In this document: one piece after another, positions 58,125-64,000 of the stretch | Layout of the letters: every line of letters begins with the position of its first letter | Position numbering within the stretch: position 1 is the first letter of the stretch | Source of the DNA: Trueperaceae bacterium | GTDB lineage: Bacteria; Deinococcota; Deinococci; Deinococcales; Trueperaceae | DNA: 64,000 bases | Assembly: GCA_965213925.1 (NCBI GenBank) | Contig: OZ243927.1 | Span: 3,968,001 to 4,032,000, forward strand | Direction: 5' to 3' | Program-made: the position numbers and the translations under genes | Notes under the pieces: model-generated | What the model was told of the DNA's origin: nothing | Database searches by the model: none | The model's input: only the letters and a program-made list of their open reading frames with translations

Positions 58125-59382
58125 GGCTCTCTCCGATCACCTGAACGGGCGTGCCGTCTCTCAGGTCGGCGGGCAGCGGGTAGACGACCCTGGTGCCGGG
58201 CCCCAACCCGTTCACCACGACGTTGCCGCCCGCTTCGCCGACTGTGCTCACCTCTTGGCTCCGCGCCACGCCGTCCTGTAACGCCAGCACAACGCTCCGC
58301 CCGCCCGTGGTGCGCACTGCACCCGACGGGAGTCTAACGCCTTCGGCGAGCGTGATCTCATAGGTGAGCTGCGCGACCGTGCCGACCGGAATCTGCTGCT
58401 CGGACGGGTAGACGCGGGCGGTGATGTTGACCAAGCGCGACTCGCCGGGGACCTGTGAAGAGCGGATGATCTGCGCCGCGTAGTCGAGCCCGTTGTAGTC
58501 GATGTAGACGAGACCCTGCTCGACCAAGGGTCCAGCGTCTTGCGGCGGCACAGAGAACTTGGCGAGCTGCTCTTCGGTGCTCACCAGTCTAAAGGCGGGG
58601 CTGCCCGAGCCGATGAACTCGCCCTGCTCGACCAAGACCTCGGCGACCTCGCCCGTAAAGGGCGCGGTAATGGTCGCGTCGTTTAAGGCGCGCTGCGCCT
58701 GGGCGAGTTGGTTTTGGGCTTGTTGCACCTGAAGACGTTGTAATTCTAAGTTTTCACTAGGGGCGCGTTCTAGCTGCGCCAAGCTTGCCTGGGCTTGCTG
58801 GAAGGAGGACTGCGACTGCTCCAACTGCGCCTTAAACTGCGTGAGCTGCGTCTGCGAGATGCCGCCCGAACGGAAGAGCTGCTGACCCTCCTCGTACTGC
58901 TGCCGCGCCAACTCCAGGTTGGTCCGCGCCGCGTCCAGCGCAGCTCTCGCCTGCTCGGTATTTTCCTGCGTCGAATTCTGAGCGCTCTGCAGGTTGACGC
59001 GGGCGGTCTGCAAGGCGGTGCGGGCGTTTTCGACTTGGAGCTGCGACGTTTCGGCGTCCAAACGGACGACCGTGTCGCCCTCCTGGACTTGGGCTCCCTC
59101 CCTCGCCACGACGCTCGCGACCTGACCCGAGGTGCCCGCCGCGATTTGGCTCTCGCGACCCGGCTCGATATCAACCGACGTGCTCCTTTGAGTTGTGAGT
59201 TCGCCCGTCTCGGCGGCGAGCACGCGTACGCGCCGCGCGTTGTTCTGGGCTTGGTTTTGAGATTGGCTTTGCTCGTCGCTATTCTGATCTTGCGCTTGTA
59301 CACCGCCACACGCGCTAAGCACGCCAAGTATGAGTACAAAGGCGAGCGCGGTACACCCCCGCTGACACTGTTGAACACTCAC
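57832..59382 (-). CDS. RND periplasmic adaptor (MFP), lipoprotein; natural end expected at ~58121 but the stop is out of frame
   Basis: Lipobox LSAC; ITAPFTG lipoyl-like motif; MFP-like sequence ends at GTPVQVIG. Confidence 0.85.
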   Translation of the reverse strand: MSVQQCQRGCTALAFVLILGVLSACGGVQAQDQNSDEQSQSQNQAQNNARRVRVLAAETGELTTQRSTSVDIEPGRESQIAAGTSGQVASVVAREGAQVQEGDTVVRLDAETSQLQVENARTALQTARVNLQSAQNSTQENTEQARAALDAARTNLELARQQYEEGQQLFRSGGISQTQLTQFKAQLEQSQSSFQQAQASLAQLERAPSENLELQRLQVQQAQNQLAQAQRALNDATITAPFTGEVAEVLVEQGEFIGSGSPAFRLVSTEEQLAKFSVPPQDAGPLVEQGLVYIDYNGLDYAAQIIRSSQVPGESRLVNITARVYPSEQQIPVGTVAQLTYEITLAEGVRLPSGAVRTTGGRSVVLALQDGVARSQEVSTVGEAGGNVVVNGLGPGTRVVYPLPADLRDGTPVQVIGESRERSHSTLRDALRRVGERFRGAGLVRSHRLLRTRHRVLPRDFHPRCRRLDPLPRRGSRRGRPRADRAHRGFARDPARREQHHLDLVRGFERDHHQLQ

Positions 59383-60752
59383 TGATTTCCTCCTTGTGAG
59401 CCACCCGTCGCGTCATCGGCGGCGTTATCTGTACCCGGCGTTTCACCTGTGGTCTCACTCTGCGCATCTTCATCGCCGCTGTTATCGGTACCTGTGCTGC
59501 CCGTACCTGTATCGTTTGTACCCGTATCATTTGCACCTGTATTACTTGTGCCCGTATCACTTGTACCCGTACCGCCTGCGCCGCTCGAGCTTCCCGCTTC
59601 CTGCTCACTTCCAGAGGGTGAACTGGTAGGCGCACTGCCCGTCTCCCCCCGCGCCGCGCCAAAGGCTGCCGAAGCTTCGATGGGCTCGGTCGAGGGCACG
59701 TCGAGCACTTCGGGACCGCCTAAGTCCACGAGCGTGCCCGACTGAAGGCTCAAGAGAGAGGTGAGGTAGCCGTAGCGGGCTTGCAACGCCTCTAGCTCCG
59801 CTTGCAAGTTCGACAGCTCCGCCTGGCTCAGTTCGATGCGGGCGATGAGCCCCCCTTCGAAGCGCTGGCGCTGGGTTTGCAACCGCTCGTTGGCGTTTTG
59901 CAGGGCTTCCTGCTCGGTCTGGTAGGTCTCCTGGGCGCTTGCGGCGCTGTTGTAGAGGTTGCGCGCCTGGATGCGGAAGCTGCGCTTCGTTTCCTGCACG
60001 CTCTCCCTAGCGTTCGTGAGCCCCGTCTCCGCACCGTCGATCTGCGAGCGTGAGGCGTACGAGGGGTCGAGCAAATCGGTATTGAGTTGGGCTAGCTCGA
60101 GCTGCTGCTCCGCCTGCAACACAGTAGGGTGCTGTGCGGCGGCGTTAAGCACGCGCTCCAACTCGGGAACTTGCGCGAGGTAGTCGTCAGAGATAGACTC
60201 TAAATTTTCCGCCTGGAGTTCCCTAGCCAAGATGCTCTCTAGGTTATTCACCGCGACGCTCAAGTTGTCTCGCGACGAGCGCAAGTTGTTCTGCGCCTCG
60301 TTCAGCGCGGTTCGCGCCTCGTCCAAGTCGAGCTGCGTGCCGCTGCCGTTCTCCAAGCGAATCTGCGCGATCTCCAAAGAGGTCTCGTTGACCGCCACGC
60401 CCTTTTGCGCCACCTGCACCCCTTTCAGCCCTTGCACCACGTTCGTATACGCCGCAGCGATCTCTTGCAGGGCGCTGTAGTAGGTCTGCTCGAAGTTCGC
60501 GCGCGCGAGCGCCAAGCGCTGCTCCGCTTGCAAGGTGTCGTTTCTGACCGCTAAGGGGTCGTTCTCGGTGCGCTGCAAATTGATGACCGCGTCGCGCAGT
60601 TCAATGCGGGCGGTGGCGACGGCGGGGCGGTTCTCGGCGGCTTGCAGCGACGCCTCTAAGGTGAGCGCGTGCGCGAACGGCAAGAGGAGAAAGAGGACGG
60701 GCGCTAAGCGCGTCATCACACCTTCGAAAGCAGTCACGGTGAAAACGGTCAT
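59379..60752 (-). CDS. TolC-family outer membrane factor with Gly/Thr/Asp-rich C-terminal tail
   Basis: Signal peptide; R.ENG.GT.LDL..A and RFEGGLI...EL..A repeats. Confidence 0.8.
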   Translation of the reverse strand: MTVFTVTAFEGVMTRLAPVLFLLLPFAHALTLEASLQAAENRPAVATARIELRDAVINLQRTENDPLAVRNDTLQAEQRLALARANFEQTYYSALQEIAAAYTNVVQGLKGVQVAQKGVAVNETSLEIAQIRLENGSGTQLDLDEARTALNEAQNNLRSSRDNLSVAVNNLESILARELQAENLESISDDYLAQVPELERVLNAAAQHPTVLQAEQQLELAQLNTDLLDPSYASRSQIDGAETGLTNARESVQETKRSFRIQARNLYNSAASAQETYQTEQEALQNANERLQTQRQRFEGGLIARIELSQAELSNLQAELEALQARYGYLTSLLSLQSGTLVDLGGPEVLDVPSTEPIEASAAFGAARGETGSAPTSSPSGSEQEAGSSSGAGGTGTSDTGTSNTGANDTGTNDTGTGSTGTDNSGDEDAQSETTGETPGTDNAADDATGGSQGGNQ

Positions 60753-62602
60753 AGCAGCACCTCCGAGGGGGGCAGAGCGTAAAATTCATAGAGGTCTAAG
60801 CGCGCTTGCAACGCGGCGAGGCGCGCCTGGCGCAGTTCGGTATCCGCCTGGAGCAACTCGACCAACGCTTGCTGCGTCTCGATGGGGTTGATGAGCCCTA
60901 AGTCCTGGCGCTGCTGGTTCTCCTCGAACGCCCGCCGCGCGTTGCGGAACTGGAGACGCTCGAGTTCGAGCGTCCGCTCCGCCTCGCCCAGCGTATTCAT
61001 GAGCGAGACGCGCTGCAGCTCCGCGTTGTCCTGCGACGCCTCCAAACCCGCCTCCGCCGCCCTGCGCTGGTCCTTCGCCGCGTCGATCTCATTGAACAGG
61101 CCGAAGGACACGCTCGCCGACGCGCTCAAGGTGAGGCTGCCGTTCACCGCGCTCTCCGGTCCGGAACGCGCCGGGTCCTGGTAGCTGTAGCCGACGCTCG
61201 GTTGCAGGGTGCGCGACTCGATCGAGGCGCTGAGGCTGCTCCGGTCGTCTAAGTTGTAGTTGTACGAGGCTTGTGCGGTGGGAATGAGGTCGCGCCGCGC
61301 ACTTCCGACGCCGATGGCGGCTTGCCCCAAGGAAATCTGCGAACGCCGCACGGAGAGCGGCAAGCCTTCAGTGGCCTGAGGGAGGTCGAGGAGCATGTCG
61401 ACCTCTTCGGGCGAGGCGTTCTCGATGACGTTGCCGAAAGGTCCTAGGTCGAGGGTGCTGAGGCTCAGGCGGGCGAGTTGAAGGTTCGCTTGAGCGTTCT
61501 GGACGAAGTTCTGCGACTCCTGAAAGTTCGCCTCGGCGTCGCGGAGTTCGCGCTCGTTCGCGGCACCCCGGTCGAAGCGCGTCTGCGTCGCTTCCAAACC
61601 CGAACGCGCGGCCTCTAACGTGTTGTTCGCCAACTCGACGGACTGCAGCGCGAGCCGGAGTTGCAGGGCGGACTCGAGCGCCTGTCCCTGCAAGCTCGTC
61701 ACCGTCTCGCGGAAGTCGAGGATGGCATTATCCAGCGCCAGCTCTTGCTGCCGCACCAGGTCGCGGACGTCGCCAAAGGGAAAGGGGCGAAAGGTCGCGT
61801 TAGCGGAGAGCTGGGTCGCGTTGGGTGCGCCTATCTGTTGCCCACCGCCCTCGTCCGGCTGCTCCTGCTGCTGGGGTTCCACTTGCGGAGCCGCCGAGGG
61901 GTCGGCGTCGGTATCGGTGGTGTTGTAGGTTCCTTGCACCTCTAAAGACGCAGGGTTGTACGCGGCGCGGAGCTGCGCTTCGGCAGCGTCGACGGCGGCT
62001 TGCGCGGCGACGTAACGCGGGTTGTCCTCCAAGGTTACGAGCAGGGACTCGAGGAGTTGCTGCTGCGCCGCTTGAGCCGCTTCACGCCGCCTCGCCGCCG
62101 CCTGTTCAGCCTGCGCGACGCTTTCGCGGAGCGCCGCAACTTCGGCTTCTTGCGCGGCTAACGCCTCCTCTTGTGAGGCTAAGTCAGCCTCCAGCGCCGC
62201 GACCTCTTCGATCTGTCCTTGCAGCGCAGCGCGCTGCGCCTCGAACGCTTCACGCTGCAACTGGAGCGCTTCACGTTGCGCGTCGGACACGCTCTCTTGC
62301 GCGGCTAACGCCGCCTCTTGCATCAGGAGGGCTTTCTCCTGCGAATCTAGCGCTGCTAACTGTTGGTCTAAGACCTCACGCCTGCGCTGCACCTCAGCAC
62401 GTTGGGGCTCTAAGTCAGCGTCAACTTCCGCCAACACGCTCGCGCGCGCCTCGAGTTCGGCGCGTTGTGCCTCTAAGGACGCGGACTGGTCTTCTTGGTT
62501 CTGATCTTGAGCGTCCTGACTTTGAGCCGCTTGAGAGGACCCGAAAGGCACGCTAGCGAAGACGAAACAAAAGAGTAAAGCAAAACGAAAGACGAAACTC
62601 AC
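60749..62602 (-). CDS. TolC-family outer membrane factor with long N-terminal coiled coil
   Basis: Signal peptide, Ala/Gln/Glu coiled coil, RFDRGAANERELRDA, C-terminal OEP-like helices. Confidence 0.75.
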   Translation of the reverse strand: MSFVFRFALLFCFVFASVPFGSSQAAQSQDAQDQNQEDQSASLEAQRAELEARASVLAEVDADLEPQRAEVQRRREVLDQQLAALDSQEKALLMQEAALAAQESVSDAQREALQLQREAFEAQRAALQGQIEEVAALEADLASQEEALAAQEAEVAALRESVAQAEQAAARRREAAQAAQQQLLESLLVTLEDNPRYVAAQAAVDAAEAQLRAAYNPASLEVQGTYNTTDTDADPSAAPQVEPQQQEQPDEGGGQQIGAPNATQLSANATFRPFPFGDVRDLVRQQELALDNAILDFRETVTSLQGQALESALQLRLALQSVELANNTLEAARSGLEATQTRFDRGAANERELRDAEANFQESQNFVQNAQANLQLARLSLSTLDLGPFGNVIENASPEEVDMLLDLPQATEGLPLSVRRSQISLGQAAIGVGSARRDLIPTAQASYNYNLDDRSSLSASIESRTLQPSVGYSYQDPARSGPESAVNGSLTLSASASVSFGLFNEIDAAKDQRRAAEAGLEASQDNAELQRVSLMNTLGEAERTLELERLQFRNARRAFEENQQRQDLGLINPIETQQALVELLQADTELRQARLAALQARLDLYEFYALPPSEVLL

Positions 62603-63081
62603 CTTTCCTCCAATAAAACGCGCTGGATGCGCGCTAAAGCGCGAAGCTGTTTCGAGCTGAGCCGCGCTAAGCGCTCGCGCTGCAACTCGCGCCAGGTGCG
62701 CTGCGCTCGTGCGTGCGCTTCTCGACCCGACTCCGTCAGGGCTAAAGAAACGCGCCGGTGGTCCTCGGGGTCGAGGGTGCGTTCAATCAACCCCTTCGCT
62801 TCCAGCGAGCGCAGCAGCGCCGATATGACCGGGGGCGCGACGTCAAGGGCGTGCGCCAAATCTTTGGGGTAGTGCGAGGTCTGCGTGAGCAGCTCGAGCG
62901 TCAATACCCCTAAAGGTTTGAGGTCCAGAGCGCGAAAGGTCTCGTCTATGTCGCGTCTAAGCTGCCACATCAGGGTGAACGAGTCGTGGTGGACGCACTC
63001 GAGTAGCCGCACCCTAGCCGCGTCACCCGCCGCATCGACTGAACAGTCCTCCGCCGTAACCCCCGTCACGTGACGTTCCAC
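62599..63081 (-). CDS. MarR family regulator
   Basis: DLAHAL.V....IS.LL..LEAKGLIER..DPEDHRR..LALTESG. Confidence 0.9.
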   Translation of the reverse strand: MERHVTGVTAEDCSVDAAGDAARVRLLECVHHDSFTLMWQLRRDIDETFRALDLKPLGVLTLELLTQTSHYPKDLAHALDVAPPVISALLRSLEAKGLIERTLDPEDHRRVSLALTESGREAHARAQRTWRELQRERLARLSSKQLRALARIQRVLLEER

Positions 63082-63369
63082 TTTTTAGCGTTTGGTTTCA
63101 TAGCGGTCCATTCCATAGGGTGCAGTATGCGGTGGTGTTGCAAAGAATAGGTTTACGCTTTGTTAAGATTCTGCAAAGTCTTAACAGTTCATCAACTTTA
63201 ACAACTTGCGCAGGTGCGGTATAGGCGACCTCTCGCCTTAGAGCAACCTCTCTTTTTTCGGTCACGCGCCTCCTCGCCGGCGTGCAGAAACGCTCGTCAA
63301 AGAATACCGCGCAACCGCGCCTAAAAACGTGTTCGGCGGCGAGGTGTAGGCGATTTCACGCGCCAAAAA

Positions 63370-63392
63370 AAAGACCTCTTTGCGAGGTCTTT
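63370..63392 (-). terminator. Terminator after the secreted-protein gene
   Basis: AAAGACCTC...GAGGTCTTT preceded by an A run on the + strand. Confidence 0.65.
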
Positions 63393-63412
63393 CCGAAGTG
63401 TAAAAACGTGCG

Positions 63413-63769
63413 CTAGTTGCTGTAGCGCTCCAAGGCGTTGGGGTCCGCGCTCTGCTTCGCGAGCAGCTCTGCGACGGAGAGGTCGTCGCCCTCCAAGTCC
63501 AAGTAAACAGAGTTGCGGCTCGCCCCCGCTGTCGCAACCTCGAAGGTGTAGCTCTGGTCGCCGTAACCGATCGTGACGTACTCGGCGTCCTCCAAGTCTT
63601 CGTTGCGCTGGGCGACCGAGTTGGCTGAGACCTCTTCGGTGGCGATCGCTTCGGCATCGGCAGTGGGGCTGCTCTCGTAAAACGCGACCTCGAACGTGTC
63701 GGGGCTCGCTTGCGCCCCCGCTAAACCGGCGACCAACATCAGCCCTGTGAGAAGTGCAACCTGTCTCAT
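63413..63769 (-). CDS. Secreted hypothetical protein
   Basis: Signal peptide ending AGA-Q; RBS AGGAAGG. Confidence 0.65.
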   Translation of the reverse strand: MRQVALLTGLMLVAGLAGAQASPDTFEVAFYESSPTADAEAIATEEVSANSVAQRNEDLEDAEYVTIGYGDQSYTFEVATAGASRNSVYLDLEGDDLSVAELLAKQSADPNALERYSN

Positions 63770-64000
63770 GGCACCTTCCTCTCTCGGTAGCGACCTCTAC
63801 AGTCTGCGACTACCTGATCGGCAGTTTGCTCGTGCGAGATGAAGAACGGGGCAAGGTAACGTCAAGATTGGGTGAAGATAGCGCTAGCAACTACCTAGAC
63901 GATTATGAGAAGCGCTGACACCCCCCGAAACCCGCACGACAACGACCTCTTTTGCGCCTGCTGCTACTTTGGAGAGGGGCAACGTAAAGCGGGTGAACGG

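Noticed and set aside
54994..62556. Numerous long + strand ORFs opposite the efflux operon
   Set aside because: Antisense shadows typical of high-GC coding DNA.

Overview
A roughly 58-60% GC bacterial chromosomal segment, most likely Deinococcota (Truepera-like). That assignment is inferred from the archaeal-type non-discriminating AspRS and the style of the lipoproteins. 1-10.2 kb holds a type I-E CRISPR-Cas operon (cas3 5'-truncated by the window, cas8e, cas11, cas7, cas5, cas6e, cas1, cas2) and a 15-repeat array. The first spacer is only 12 nt, and the last repeat runs directly into a 5'-truncated type I R-M hsdS gene. 12.9-17.7 kb is a small integrative element (Xis-like HTH, AEP primase-wHTH Rep, divergent HTH switch, tyrosine integrase) abutting tRNA-Ala(CGC). 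The rest mixes housekeeping and accessory genes: lpdA, a DUF2089 operon, a PIN TA pair, a TAXI-TRAP transporter, TetR/SDR, an orphan GldC, an M14 peptidase, a P450, ppgK, rmlADCB, an HD-GYP protein, comB, aspS2 and a MarR-TolC-TolC-MFP-RND operon. The most notable unannotated signals are: (i) a leaderless Asn/Asp-rich leader peptide with a terminator/antiterminator attenuator upstream of aspS2; (ii) two c-di-GMP-II riboswitches upstream of secreted lipoprotein enzymes; (iii) the CRISPR-hsdS fusion; (iv) strong over-representation of CTCGAG. All calls were made by eye, with no database searches.
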